DNA of 64,000 nucleotides from Podarcis cretensis. Taxonomy: Eukaryota. This document shows, piece after piece, positions 27,138 to 40,635 of this stretch. Within the stretch, counting starts at the first letter, position 1. The number at the start of each line of letters is the position of its first letter. The notes beneath the pieces were generated by a model. It saw only the letters and a program-made list of their open reading frames with translations. It did no database searches and was not told the origin of the DNA. Position numbers and translations under genes: made by a program. The stretch lies in contig OX638150.1 in NCBI GenBank assembly GCA_951804945.1, positions 31,682,001 to 31,746,000 of the forward strand, written 5' to 3'.

Positions 27138-27261
27138 TTAGTCTACTCGGGCTGCTTTGAAAAGCTCCACGAGCTCCTTGTACTCTGGGTCAATTAGGTC
27201 AGATGGCTTCTCCCCTTCATCATTGGTAGCATCACGCTGGGCCCCAAGAGAGATGAGGTAC
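27138..27261 (-). CDS. PPP1R27: PPP1R27 exon 3 (YLISLGAQRDATNDEGEKPSDLIDPEYKELVELFKAARVD*)
   Basis: ctgcag|G TAC CTC...GAC TAA, 124 nt. Matches human YLISLGADRDATNDDGDLPSDLIDPDYKELVELFK. Confidence 0.95.
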
Positions 27262-27746
27262 CTGCAGGATTAAAGAATGAGGTGATGAGACAAGGACAGA
27301 ATTGACACACATACCTACATACACAGTTTAGTTCAAACATGCAGTTTTCCCTATGCTTTCATAAACAAGATGATACAGAGGACTTGTGAATTGGCTGTTG
27401 GTTTCAATGTAAAGCTTTCCTCTTTCCATAAAGAGACCAGTCTTCTCTTATAGCTGGTTTCCATTCTCACCTTCTTACTTGAGATATCCTATATATTTGG
27501 GAGCTATCATAGGTCACATAACACGCCAACACAAAACATCACTGCTAGTGTCCAAAGACTAGCACTACCTATTGGATGGTCATCTAGCCAACAGACATGT
27601 CACCATCTCAAGTCTAAGCCTAGCACTCACTGTTGAGCAAGCCCTACTTCCCTCCCCATTTTCCTTGACCAAGTTTGTGGCCTGTCAAGAGAGGGTGGGC
27701 ATGGCTAGACTAGAGATTAAAGGTTAACATAATTTGCATCTCTGAC

Positions 27747-27897
27747 CTTGCAATATCAGCGTGACCGTCACTGCAAGCCATGTGTAGGGGTGTCCAGCCG
27801 TCCTCATCTTTCTGATTGATGTCAGCACCATATTTCACCAACAGCTTGACGCAATCAAGGTTCCCAGAAAGCACAGCTTCATGGAGGGCAGCCATAC
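27747..27897 (-). CDS. PPP1R27: PPP1R27 exon 2, ankyrin repeats (GMAALHEAVLSGNLDCVKLLVKYGADINQKDEDGWTPLHMACSDGHADIAR)
   Basis: cattag|GT ATG...GCA AG|gtcaga, 151 nt. Ankyrin TPLH motif. Confidence 0.95.
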
Positions 27898-28828
27898 CTA
27901 ATGGGAGAAGGTAATGCATCAGCCACAACCTGATCAGTCACAATCTTAGGAAAACATCCCACAAAAAGGCAGCTGTGCTAACATGCTTGAGACAGTGGGG
28001 AGGAGTTGTCTAGAAGCAAAATGCATCGTTTTTCTCTCAGAAAACTAGACCAGGGCCTTTACATTTTTTAGATTGCATTATCTTATAAATATTGGGGAAA
28101 TGGCACACAGAGGGGACAATTTTTGGCCCACCAGGTTCTTTGCATGGAGAAAAAGAATATTATGTTAACTAAGGCTGAGTGAGTTCCAGAAACTTATTTG
28201 GGGAATTAAGTAAGCAGTTTGTAAGAACAGCACCTCGATCAAGGCTTCTATGGCCTTCTGCAGTACTGAGTCAACGTTATGAAAGTCAAGTGTGATGGAA
28301 GTCGGTAAGAAGCAAACACACTCTCACAATCTACTGGGCCATAGTAGCTGTAACTGTTGAAATTCCTGTGACTACTGGATTTCTTTTTTAAGTGCAGCCT
28401 TTCATGCTGATATCATAGCTGGGGGAAACGGCTCAAAGAAACACTGATTCAGCTTTACGGCTGGGCATGAAGCTGCTCTGTTCATCCTGCCACTGGATAT
28501 ATTGTTCTGTTCTCAACTCAGCAGCCATATTTTATTCACACAGGAACAAGCTGCATTAGCAGATTAGTAAAGGGATTGATATTTTCTCAGAGAGTGCGCT
28601 GTACATATTGGCATAGTTTTCTTAGCATCTATCACCTTAGAATCTGTTCAATACCCAAGTGTCTAGCAAAAGGATTTCAGGTGACATAGCTCCCTATATT
28701 GATGTAAGTGTTAGAGGGAAAAACATGACCTAGTTTGTAACACACAGCCTGACTTTGGGATTAGGCATCTGCAAGTGCTTAGGCTTATTCAACCACCCTT
28801 CAGTTAGGTTCACCCACGTCCTACTTAC

Positions 28829-29006
28829 CTGAGGGGTAGATAGTGTCCAAGGTGACCTTCCTGGCACGGATGAAACGGCCCACCTGCTCCAGGTCGCTCT
28901 GCCTAATATGGTCCAGGAAGAGAACGTCATTGGGGAAACGCACAGTTTTCAGGCCTCGTGTATATCGCCTATACCTGGGAAGTGAGTCTGGGTAGTAGTA
29001 CTTCAT
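28829..29006 (-). CDS. PPP1R27: PPP1R27 exon 1 coding part (MKYYYPDSLPRYRRYTRGLKTVRFPNDVLFLDHIRQSDLEQVGRFIRARKVTLDTIYPS), with PP1-binding RVxF motif KTVRF
   Basis: gccacaATG Kozak. TCA G|gtaagt donor. 178+151+124 = 453 nt = 150 aa. Confidence 0.92.
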
Positions 29007-29274
29007 TGTGGCAGAGGTAGAAGGAAGAGCAAGAGACCAGCGAGACAGGACTGAAAAATGGTGTTGAGGAATAATAAAAAAAGCACACGGCAACCCAGAC
29101 GACTTTGAAGTGCCTTGAGACCCAAAGGATTCTCTTCTCTGTAACGCTTGCACCTGAAAGACTGGTGGGATATTAGCTATGATTTCTGCTCCTGATAGGA
29201 CTTTCCTTGGAAAACACTGAGCATGTGTGGGTGATCTCCTGTTGAGGACTGACTATTTCCAGCGGTGTCTCCTG

Positions 29275-29411
29275 TTATATATCTTCCCCATGGCTATTTT
29301 GAGGATATTCCGCTCATGCTATTTGCCATGAGATTTGGTAACTGAGCTGCCCTGCCCTCCAGCCTCCCCCTTTTGAATATAAGTCAGGGTTTCAATTTAC
29401 ATCCCACCTGT
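29275..29411 (-). promoter_or_regulatory. Putative PPP1R27 core promoter: TATATAA (29281-29275), MEF2-like CTATTTTGAG (29294-29303), E-box CACCTG (about 29405-29410)
   Basis: Motifs read directly. Arrangement is typical of muscle TATA promoters, and PPP1R27 is muscle-enriched in mammals. Confidence 0.5.
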
Positions 29412-31719
29412 CGATGTGCAATAGTTAATGGGTCAAGCTTGCTCCACAATCGGCTTGTGTAGATCCCAGAACCCAGCAGCCCGATTCTGCAAACCACTGT
29501 TTGCAAAGCCCACTGTTAGCCCTGCTTTCTGGAACCTCTTGACAACCTTTGTGGGTTTTCCAGAATATACGCAGCTATCTCCAACAGGAGAGAAATGCAC
29601 AGAACTTAAGTTCTACACTGAAGTTCAGTTCAAATTGTGCAGACAGCGAAACTTCAAAATTTACAGTCTTTTAAAGGAAACTATGCATTTCCTTCAGTTG
29701 TATAACTCTAACTTGCTGCATTTTGTTGCATCTTGAGTTTTGAATAAGCAAGAATATTAAATTATGTGGTGAAAATGGTGGAAACTATGAAATGTATGCA
29801 TTTCCTCTTTTCGAAAACATCAATGCATTTCCACCAATTTCCCACTTCAAGTGCTGCCATCTCACAGAATGAAACTGGTCTCATATCCCAAACTTAACAG
29901 CAAAGGGTTGTATCCCATCAGGTAGACACCTTGTTAGCCACTCTGATTAACTTCAGTGTGTCTCCTCCATTATGACTGGCACTGGATATAACCCTACGTA
30001 CCCTAGAAAGGCATCTCCCAACCTTGGAAACTTTTCTTTCTTTAATCAGCCAGTTGATTCCAGAGGTAACCGGCTCAGGACAGAACAGCCATTCCCAATG
30101 ATATCCATCCTCCTGCCCCTTTAGAACTGGCCACCAACCAAAAAGCATCCGCATCAGAGCAGCCTGATGAGAAGAGGTTTATCTTCCCTCTCTTCCTGAA
30201 GAAATATGCCAAGTTTCTGACTCTGTAAAAATAAACTAGAATAATCTACTTTCCTTGGGTACCTCAGCAGGCACTGGATGGTAAACAGTGCAACTGCAAG
30301 GAGCAGTAATGAGACATCCCACAGCTCTGCTTTGTTGTTATTCTGGGTTTTGTAAGGAACCCCCTGTTTACAGACACTGTGACAATGAATGCAAGCATGT
30401 CCCATTTGCCTTTGATATTACAAAGCATGAGAACACTACACAATGAGATCAGGATGAGCAAATTACTGGGCTAGAAACTGGCTTTTCATCTCAAGAGTGA
30501 AGGCAGCTAAAACCAACAACCCAAAGACCCATAGGTGGCATGGAGGCCTTATTTCATAAACTAGCCCTGTTCATATGGGATGCATGTATTCTTCATAGCA
30601 ACGATTTGAAAGTTTGCCTTCTGCAGCTTGAAATGAGAGACATCCTGCTAGTGTCAGAAACTAAAGTGACCGTATTGGGCAGGGGACCAATGCCGTCACA
30701 CAACTCCCCCTGCCTCCGGGCCCAACCCTCAGCTCATACCTAGCCCTGGATCAGCCACTCTGCTAGAAGTGTACATTTTACGCTGTCATTTGAATACTGC
30801 CAAACACATTTGTGCATATTTGCATATATATTTTTAATTTTGCTGTAGAAAGCCATTTGAAACAATCTACAAAGCAGACCCTATTTTTGGAGGTCCTAGC
30901 TCGCCTGGCATCCCAGCTGAGCAGAGCGAGAAAACAGCCCCACAAACAAGGCCTCCTGCCTTCCCTTCAATCAGCATGCAGCAACTTGTTTTCCTTTGCT
31001 AGGGCTGCTATCGCTCCCCATCATGTGACAGAATTACATATTTGCTTACAGAAATATTCTTCAGCAGAAGCAGCCAGCAAGCACAACACCTGTCAGGATT
31101 CTGTGCGTATGACAGGTAATAGCTGTTCAGTATATGCGTCTTTGTACACCATTTCTTGGAACGAGAGGGAATTAAAAGCTTCCTGACCTTTAGAATGTTT
31201 TCTACACTGAGAATCCTCAACTTGCCCAATGGCTCTGTCCTTTGGCAGGCTGGGCAAGGTTCTTCTGCACACACAGGATTGGGCAACAATATCCAAGTAC
31301 TGCTTTCTGGTAATGACCTAGCAGGTGAGAGAAGAACTACAGAAATAAGGTGCTTCTGAGTCCCCATCCCTCTGAGATGTTCCAGAGCACAATGTTCAAT
31401 GATGATACTAAATGTCTCAGAGATCAAGAATCCACAAGGGTTTCAGGGTTTCTCTCCCAATAAAAGTGATCAGTCAGGGTGACCAAACCTGTTTTTGTAG
31501 TGAAGCAGCCTGAAAACAATTCTGAAATTGGTCTAGGAGCAATTATATCAATTTCCCTATCCGGCCATTTTAAAATGAAACTAGGGCCTCAACAGAAGCA
31601 ACAGCCATGCTGCCTGAAAAATCCCCCTGATCATTCAGAAATACATCAGATTTGATCTCTCTCTTGGGTCAATGGGGTGATAATCACCACCAGATCCTTC
31701 CCCAATCACTCAGTAGCAA

Positions 31720-32200
31720 AGATGATATTTAGGGCATGACCACCAGTATGTGTTGAGTGCACAATTTATTGAGACAGCCCTATGGTACCCAGGAAATTCT
31801 GAGCAGGCCTAGGCACAACAGGCCCTGCATGGATCTTGAAGTCCCTCAGCACTAACATCCTGAAATTCTCCACCAGGTCAGGCAGGTGGGTGGACAGGAC
31901 ACCAACCACATCCCTGTCCTGTATCTGCCACCCAACAGAGGTAAAAACCCTCACATCCAGCTCCCAGATGGGCTGGCCCTTCTGGCACGAATGATGAAAT
32001 TTAATGCAGCAACCACTACATCTCTTCCCTGTTGCTCCAATCTTGCCTGATGCTGCACCAAATACCAAGATAGGCAACACAAGCTAAGGTCAGGGCCCTC
32101 CAATTCACCTACCCATATCTCAGTTATGTGCACAAGGTCAATCACCTCACCCATGATCAGATCATAGGTGAGTTGTTTTGCCTGGCATTAAGCAACAGCG
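31720..32200 (-). mobile_element. Decayed L2/CR1-group LINE ORF2 apurinic endonuclease domain
   Basis: Frameshifted pieces LLLNAR, DLVHITEIW, QHQARLEQQGRDVVVA and LVLRDFKIHA match APE motifs (NAR, ITETW, GDFNIH). Confidence 0.75.
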
Positions 32201-35099
32201 CGGGACAGGTAAGCATGGATACCCAGTTCTCTGTTGTGGAGGTGGCTGACCATGGATGACAGACTTATAACAGAAAAGGACCAACAGGTGCAGTAGTTCC
32301 ACTTAACTCAACGCTCAAGTGATGACAAGTACGGTATTGCTTTAGAAAGCACTCTTCAGTTACGGGATTTTAAGCACATTGTTGCAATGGAGCCACCAAA
32401 CTACCCGAGTAGCTTGGGGCACTTTTCAGAACATCAAATGCCTTTAGACTTGCTATCCAAATTCAGACCTAGCAACTGCAATAGCATCCTCACAATCTTG
32501 CCATTGTACTGCCGACTAGGGGGTTGCATGTGTTTTTCCTCTGCAGGTCGGGTCCCAGCGCCTTAAAACTCTACTATATGAGCCCTTGCAACATTGGCTG
32601 AATACAACAATTCCACTGGACATGGGGGTATGTGCTTGCTCCCTCTTTACATAAAGAGTAAATTCCTAGCATACGCAACCACAAAGATATGCTTGAAAGG
32701 TGAAATCTCAGAAGCCAGAGTAAGGTCTCAAGAACCTTGCTGAGTAAGGTCTCTAGAAGCCAGGGGAAGACTCAAGCCTTGCAGAGCTTCTTGACGCTGC
32801 CCAGAATGAATAAAAGAATTATGCAGAGTATGCGGTCATACTAAGTTGCCTAACTTGCCTGATTTATGTGGGTTACGGAGGTCAGGTGACGCAGAACGCA
32901 GCTCAGCTTACAGGGGACTGACCATCCGGGAGCACTATTACACCAGGGTTCCTATCCTGCACACCATTCAAAGACTTGGCCATGACGTACAAAGCCCTTT
33001 AAATAACTTGGTCCTTACATAACTTGCAAGTCACACTCTTCCTTAAGAGGAAGCACTTGCTTTTTTTTTTTTTTTAAATCATCCAATCTACTTCAGCAGA
33101 CATTAGGCATCTACTCTACCACTTACAGAATTCCTTCCCTGTAAAGCTTTGGAAGATAGTTTGGTATTTTGAAATGCCTTTCAATATGAATTTAGTTTGA
33201 GAAGAGTGGAGAGAGAAACTTCCATTTTGTATTGTTGTATTACAGGCTCTGCCAGGAGCCTATAAGAGAAGATACAAATTTGGGTTGCTCCTGAATTTTA
33301 CCCTTTCGGTCAATAATGTAGACTTTCCTCAGTCTCAAAAGGTACAAGCAAGCCGCCAGGGCTCTGAAAGATCAAGCTACTGTGCCTTTAACAGCCTTCA
33401 AGAGGATGGTGGAAGGGTCTGCCACTGCATACGGAGGCATGGTTTCTCATATCTAATTCTGTTGGAAGTGACATTCTGTTCCACACCCGTTCTTAGAACC
33501 ATGTTGGAAGTAGATCTAGGAAAGGAAATTTGCCAACACTCATGGGAGTTCTCCTGGCCTTCTAAACTACTCGCCTACCTCCTCTAGCATCCAGGAAAAT
33601 TCACTTAAAATGTACAGACGAATAATACTAACACAGTGCTACTTTTCCAGAAGAGGTACCAAACTTACTATGAACGCCTTCCTTGGTTCTCTTATAATGG
33701 CAATGGTGCCTACCCGAGAGGTGCCAGAACAGAGTTCCGGCTGAAAAGCCCTAGCACTATAGCCTAGTGAAAATGTCACAAATCTTGTGAACACCCAAAT
33801 CCCTCTGCTGGAGGCACTGTGGGGAATGTGGCACTTATATCCATCCTTTGTGCCTTTGCTCAGCTGTGAAATCTATCTGGATGCAGGTACTATAGAAGAT
33901 GGGTGTGATAATTCATGGCTCAGATTTAGGTTTGCTTTTCATGTTCTGATCAAATCAATAATCTTCCAAAAGAGCTAGTTATCTTTATGCTGGTAGCCAT
34001 AACACTGAGTGTAACTCAGAATTGAAAAGATTGGGGGCAGGGCTTGAAAATGTGGTGTAAGTCATTTTTTTACTGTAGTTTTTGAAACATTCACACATCA
34101 TTTAAAAGTGCAATGAGGCAAACCTGGTCTTCAAGACTTCGCAGCTGTATGGTAGCCATTTTTAGCTCCCATGTCTGGTACGCCCCATTAAGCTCAGGTA
34201 CCAAGCCACAAAGTTTTTGCTTGGAACTATATGTAAATATTTCCTCTTCTTTTTTTCCCCTCTTCAAAAATAAATATGATCTCTTACTAGACTGTCTCCT
34301 TCTGCCATAATTTACATTTTATTACCAGATAGAATTCCCAATTTTCCAGGGACACAGCCTGCTCTACCACCTTATTCAGTAGTACATACAGACCGAGCTC
34401 ATCTCCTGAGTTATAGCAATTAAATGGAAGTGGAGAGAGTAAGGTCCCCCTCATTTGACCCTGTACATTTCCTGGAATGTTGCATCTAGGGTCCCCCCCC
34501 CCTACAAGTACAGTTTTGCACACAGCTGAATGCAGATAAAATAATTCAAGCATTTTTTTATGTAATCAATGTTCAAATGTACAGATTAGTTTTTTTATTA
34601 TCTATGAACGGTTTGTATCATTCTATATTCCGTACTTAGTAGGTAATTTCCCACTACTGCCATTTTTCTTTAAGGTTTTGCTACCACGTAGCATAAATCT
34701 ACCCTCCAGATACTTGCTATTGGACTTTCATAAGCTGAAGTCAAAATAGCCAAAGATGAAAGTGATAGTATACCTCTGGAGAGTACCATGTTTGCTTCCC
34801 ATGGAACATACTGTTCTTCAGATACTGAAAACCTAAAGCAATACTTTGCACAAATGAAGTTACTTTGTTCAAATGTGCATTTCTGCAAAACAGATTTGAA
34901 TTCCATAGTAAGAACATGCAAAAGGCTGGATATAAGTTTCCCCCAGGAGGGGGGAATATTTATCATGTAAGCAAGTTTCAGCAACAGAAAAATAAATAAA
35001 TCCATTTTCATCCTTCCTGGCCTAGATGAGAAAAGAGTTCTCCTTAAACCAGAGTTCAAACAAAACAGCCAGATACACAACATAGTATTAAAATCAACT

Positions 35100-35105
35100 T
35101 TTATT
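35100..35105 (-). terminator. P4HB: Candidate P4HB polyadenylation signal AATAAA
   Basis: About 950 nt after the stop codon, followed on the minus strand by T/GT-rich sequence. Confidence 0.6.
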
Positions 35106-36057
35106 TGGCCAATGAGTTCCATTCCTTTTAGCATCATAGACGCTCCAAACTAATTCCAATTCTGTCAACATACATTCTTGTCCTCCCATCACTCCTTGGC
35201 TCTCAAGTACCCCCACAAAAAAACCTAGTTATTGAGTGTCCTTTTTGTTTCATTCTGGTAGGCCCCTTCCCAAACAGCTCTGTAAATGCCTGGGAGACCC
35301 ATTCACAAAGCAAATGCGTAAAGAGCAAGTCGTATTGTTTGTTCAGGGGGCAAGGTGGCAACACCAGTTAAGGTTTTGCCTCAGGAGTAATTGGGTCCTT
35401 TCCCCCTCAAGGACAGTCTTCTATGCCATCCTAATCTTTGGAAGAGAGAGATACATATACTGTTCAGCATAAAAGGGAAGCAAGACCATGCAATGAGTTA
35501 AGAGGACCTGCTCATTTCCCTTTCCACTGCCACCACCGTGGTCAGCCCAGTAGGTTCCTCCACACCGGAGCAGCCCAAAAAAGAAATAGTAATTGAAAAA
35601 ACAGCTGAGACAGTATCCAAGACCCTGCTGGGCCAACAGCAGCTTATGACATTTGGACAAGTGTGTTAAGTTTTAAGGCGGCATTACTGGTGAGGCTCCA
35701 AAGTGAGTTAGGCAATGGGACATGTTGCCATTTCAATCTGCTTCTACCCAGATCACAGAACACTCTAGGAAAAGAAAATGTACATCACAGTGTGTAAAGG
35801 AGGGGGGAAAGAGAAGACCCAGCAGGGCTGGCTACCTAGGCAGATCCCTCTTCCAAACTGAAAATAATAATAATAATAATAAAAATTAAGTAGAGGAATC
35901 AGTTGACAGACAAGTTAGGATGAAGGGTTACTTTAGACCATTCCCTGTACTCTCAGACAGCATCTGCCTTCTGGTTCAAGTTGGTTCTGGACTTGCTTAA
36001 CTGCATGAAGTGGCAGCCACAGTGTAGTGTCTGGGGATATGCAGATTGGACTTGTCT

Positions 36058-36141
36058 TTACAGTTCATCTTTTACAGTGTTTGCATCATCATCGTCTTCT
36101 TCTGCATCTGGCTCTTCAGCATCCTCTAGATCTTCCAGATC
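36058..36141 (-). CDS. P4HB: P4HB exon 11: acidic c region and KDEL (DLEDLEDAEEPDAEEDDDDANTVKDEL*)
   Basis: aaacag|GAT CTG...GAA CTG TAA. ER-retention KDEL. Confidence 0.96.
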   Translation of the reverse strand, partial: DLEDLEDAEEPDAEEDDDDANTVKDEL

Positions 36142-36721
36142 CTGTTTAAATGAAGAAGCAAAAGCTTGGTCAGCTGCAGCTACTCTCACAGCCAGTGCCA
36201 AGGAGGCCAACACACAGTTAGGTCCTGCCAGTGCAGCTGTCATTGCCCTTAATAGCATGAGAAATTCATGTAACTGCCTCTATGCTCAGAACTTTGCTCC
36301 TCTGGCAGACAGAGTCCTGCCTCCCGAGATGTGCAGGCCAAGGAAAGTCCATGCGTTCCATCAAGTCACTCAAGGCAAAATAAAATAAAATAAAAATGGA
36401 AACAACCTACAAATTTCCATATACCAGGCAGAAGGAACTTGTAAGACAATGGGGTCAACACTAGGTCTGTTGCTTTCTGCTTGCCCTATACATCTCAAAA
36501 TTATTTGAATGGATAAAAAACCTGCTGTACCAACTTTAGCACATTCTCCATCTATATAACATTCTGAATCAGATGAATGCCATCGCATTTGAAAACCAAG
36601 TTGGTGATTTTAACGTTTTGATCAACCAAGAAGTGCACAAAAGACCTCTAAGAAACTTACTTTAGAATTAAAACTTCATTAACACAACCATGTACTGTTA
36701 AGGTAAAATCTGATCTCACTT

Positions 36722-36722
<1 letters not shown>

Positions 36723-36764
<42 letters not shown>
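36723..36764. repeat. (CA)n microsatellite in P4HB intron 10
   Basis: Direct reading. Confidence 0.95.
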
Positions 36765-36769
<5 letters not shown>

Positions 36770-37171
36770 ACAGATAAAGAGAAGCTGTGATTAAGGCAGC
36801 TGTTCCAGTATCTGTCTTTGAACTTTCTAAGCAAATATTAGTAGTAGCTCCAGAATAGGTATAATCATAGGAGATGATCCTGACAGGTCACATTCAGGTT
36901 CATTATCAGGGAAGCCTTGCAAGAGAATTGTACCAGTCCGTTCACAAATAAATGCTCCATTCACAGTAATAAGCAAAAGTAAAACAAGTGGAGATTCAGT
37001 CCGAATGATTGATGCAGTACTCTATACTGCAAATCCAATTGGCTGTTCCTTAGATTTGTGATCTAAACCCACCCATGTTCAGTTCTTTCTTCAGAAGTGT
37101 TGACTTTCAGTGGCTTGCAAAATCCTCAGTGATTTGCATACCCTCAGCCAATTATTTCATATACACTATAC

Positions 37172-37465
37172 CGGAGGTGGCCAACTCCCAAGAGACTCAC
37201 AGAACTAAAAACTGGCAGTGATCTACCCCTTTTTGGGGGGTTCAGGTCAAAGTTGTTGAGCTCACCAACAGATCGCTGAGGAAACAACCGCCTCACTGAG
37301 TAAACTCCATCTTCCATTCTGCAGATCGTGCAGCAATGGAGGGCACGGCGAGGCCGAATTCTATTTTACCAGCGCTAAGGAAAGGGACCCAGTGATTGAC
37401 CACAATCTACCAAAACCTCCCGGGGATCTACCAGTAGATCGCAATCGACCTCTTAGGCATTCCTG
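37172..37465. mobile_element. Non-autonomous hAT transposon in P4HB intron 10
   Basis: Ends cggaggtggccaac / ttaggcattcctg. 8-bp TSD cactatac (37164-37171) / caccatac (37466-37473). Confidence 0.7.
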
Positions 37466-39063
37466 CACCATACCATTCCACTGCATTTCCTTAAAGAATA
37501 TAGACTGGCTACCAGCATACTGACAAAAAGCAAAGAATATAGGCTGTTATCTTCAACAACAGCCTATGCTGAATAACAGACAGATGTTACCATTATCCTG
37601 TTCTCAGCATCTGGTACCAATGCTTTTTGAATGGAGTACACACTGTGCTGTTGAGCTTGCAACTATGAAAAACCTGCTAGTACACAATTCTTCTCAGAAT
37701 GAGAAAATGCAAAAGCACTTGCAAGAAATACACAGGGCCAGCCAACAGCCAACACAGCACCTCCAAAAATCAGCTGTGAGGGACTAGAATACCATTCACA
37801 GGAAGGACAGAATTTGTTTGCCTCCAATTCAATCACATTCTTCAATTCAAAATCTGTTTTCATGAAACCCAGATTCGAGGACCTGCTACAATCCAAGAAG
37901 ATTTAATGGCCATTTTTGGCCAATGCTTTTGCTCAGTACCTTTATGTTTTTATACCCAAACTTCCACCGGTGACATCTTATAGAACACAGGTTCAAAAGC
38001 TATCTGTCTTCAAGGTGTTGGAACCTGACAAACAACCAAACTGAATAAAAATCCAAATTTCCAAAGTGTACAGAGATGATCTACATGTTAGTGCCAGGTC
38101 TGTGCCTGAAAATCATATAAGTGATAGCTAACTATAGTGTCTATCACCAAGATGCTGAATATCAAAGCCAGTTCACTCTTAAATCACAAAGCCTGGTGCA
38201 AAGACTTAAGCTCAAAACAGGGACAAAGGAATCAAATCGGGATATAGTTTCTGTGTATGCATCACTCATGGTCATTGTACCAAACAGTTAGCACCCTTGA
38301 TAACTGTAGGTCTAGAAGTGTAGTCTACAGAGCTTTAAATCACACAGAACCCACCATACAGGGTCCGGGAACATGCAGAGGTGCAAAGGCTGGGTCACCA
38401 GTTGCTCCCTGTATCCAATGGTAATGTAGGAACGGCAGCCCTGAATGCACAGCAATTCTAACTTGGGCTATGAGCTTTACCCCCTCTATGTTCAGCTGCT
38501 ACTCCTGCTGGGCAGCAGCACCCAGATAAGCCTAGCAGTGCTGCAAAGAGCCAGTAGCATTGCTAGCACAGCAACAGAACAAGCAAAATTTGTTACACAT
38601 GCTGGCAGCAGCGACTACTTGACTCAAGCAAGAGGACACTCGCACCTGGTGCTGGGTGCTGGAGAAAGAGCCAATTCAGTGTAGGGTCATCTCTCGAGAA
38701 CTACAGATAGTAGGGTCAACGCTGGGAAGAATGTAAAAAAAAAATCATGTTTCTTGAACATTTGCAGTTGATCTGGGAATGGTGGGGCTCTCACAGGCTG
38801 ACTGCCTGTTTGTGTGGCCTGGTTAGTCCACATGGAATGGCAGGTATTCAGGAACACCCTTCCCCACCACCCCAGTTCATTCTGGGTATTACCAGCTGTG
38901 CTTTATTTACAAGTTGCTAAGGAACCAGCATTCTTGGCAGCCACAGTAAGCCCAAAGTAGCTTTGCAGGACAAAACTTCCCTTCCACGGGGATTGCATCT
39001 GAACCCTGCCATAAAACAGCTACACAGGCCAGTGCCCAACACGGTCTGGGTTTAGATACTCAC

Positions 39064-39150
39064 ATCTTCATCTACACCACCATCCTTTCCGCCACTTTCC
39101 AGGAACTTCTTAAAACCTTCCAGCGTTCTCTCGCCGTTGTAGTCTACAAC
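39064..39150 (-). CDS. P4HB: P4HB exon 10 ([29 protein letters not shown])
   Basis: ttgcag|GTT...GAT|gtgagt, 87 nt. Confidence 0.96.
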
Positions 39151-39358
39151 CTGCAAAAGCAAAGGAGGAAGTGTGTCAGCAGTCAAAAGACAAAGCTGGG
39201 CACTGGGGGCTGAAGAATCGCTTTCTGAACAGCTAAGCAAAAAAAAAGGGATTGGAAAATTCACCTTCACCCATACGAGTCGAAGAAGAGCAGCCAGCCA
39301 CTAGATTCCCATGATCGCTGCGAGGAGAGAATAGCCCGTACATGAGCATAATCCTCTA

Positions 39359-39688
<330 letters not shown>

Positions 39689-39857
39689 TCAGAAAGGGGA
39701 CAAAACCCAGATTAGAATCTGTTCAACAAGAACCACTCACTCCCCAGTTCCAGTTCCTGCCACCTGAGAAACATTCTTCGCTAGCCGAACCTGTGCAACT
39801 CAAGACAGGATGCGCCAAGGTGCAAGTGCATGTGGACTCAGCTATCGAAATACTTAC

Positions 39858-39978
39858 AGAATTCCACAAACACGTTCTTATTCTCATCAAAGGCCACTTC
39901 TTCAAAGTTTTTCCCAACCAGAACTTTGACAGGTTGTTTGTCCCAGTCATCAGAAACATCTTGGCTCATCAGATGGGG
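39858..39978 (-). CDS. P4HB: P4HB exon 8 ([40 protein letters not shown])
   Basis: tttcag|CCC...TTC T|gtaagt, 121 nt. Confidence 0.96.
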
Positions 39979-40355
39979 CTGAAACAGACAAGCAAAAGGG
40001 AACCCACATGAAAGCAACAGCATGGAATGCGCCAACAGGAAACCCTCCCACCCACTGTTCCAAGACAGGGCAGAGCAACTGACAAAAGCCAGAGGCTATA
40101 AAAAGTCAGATTAATATAGACTTCCTCCTTCAAAGTCAACCCCCACCCCACCCAATGACCCAGCCATGTCCTTCATGAGCTGCTGCATGAAGGATGCGTG
40201 TTTACAGGGAGCTGGCATAGGCATGCTGAGTAGACAAAAGCCCACTCTGTTTCAGTTAAAGAACAAAAGAAATGCATGGCAAGATATATGTACAACAAGT
40301 AAGAGGAGATGGCTGCAAGAGTCAGATTAGTTCCAATATTTTTACAAGAGGGAGT

Positions 40356-40635
40356 TAGGGCTGGGCGATAGGTGGTTTTCAACATCACCAGCTAAACATC
40401 GCAATATAGTGATATATTGCAATGTCTAAAATAAAGATGGAGCTATGTACAGGCATTGGAGGGCTTCATGGTTTTTCATGCAGGATTATGTTTGCATAGC
40501 GCATGTACACACACACACACACACACACACACGAATACACACACACGATTCACAATATATTGCCAGGTCAAAAATTATGAAACTGATATCACAATACGGA
40601 TTTATCAGTTTTGGACAATATATCACCAAGCCCTA
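40356..40635. mobile_element. Non-autonomous hAT element containing a (CA)n tract
   Basis: TIRs TAGGGCTGGGCGATA / TATCACCAAGCCCTA. Degenerate 8-bp TSD gagggagt / gaggaggt. Confidence 0.75.
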
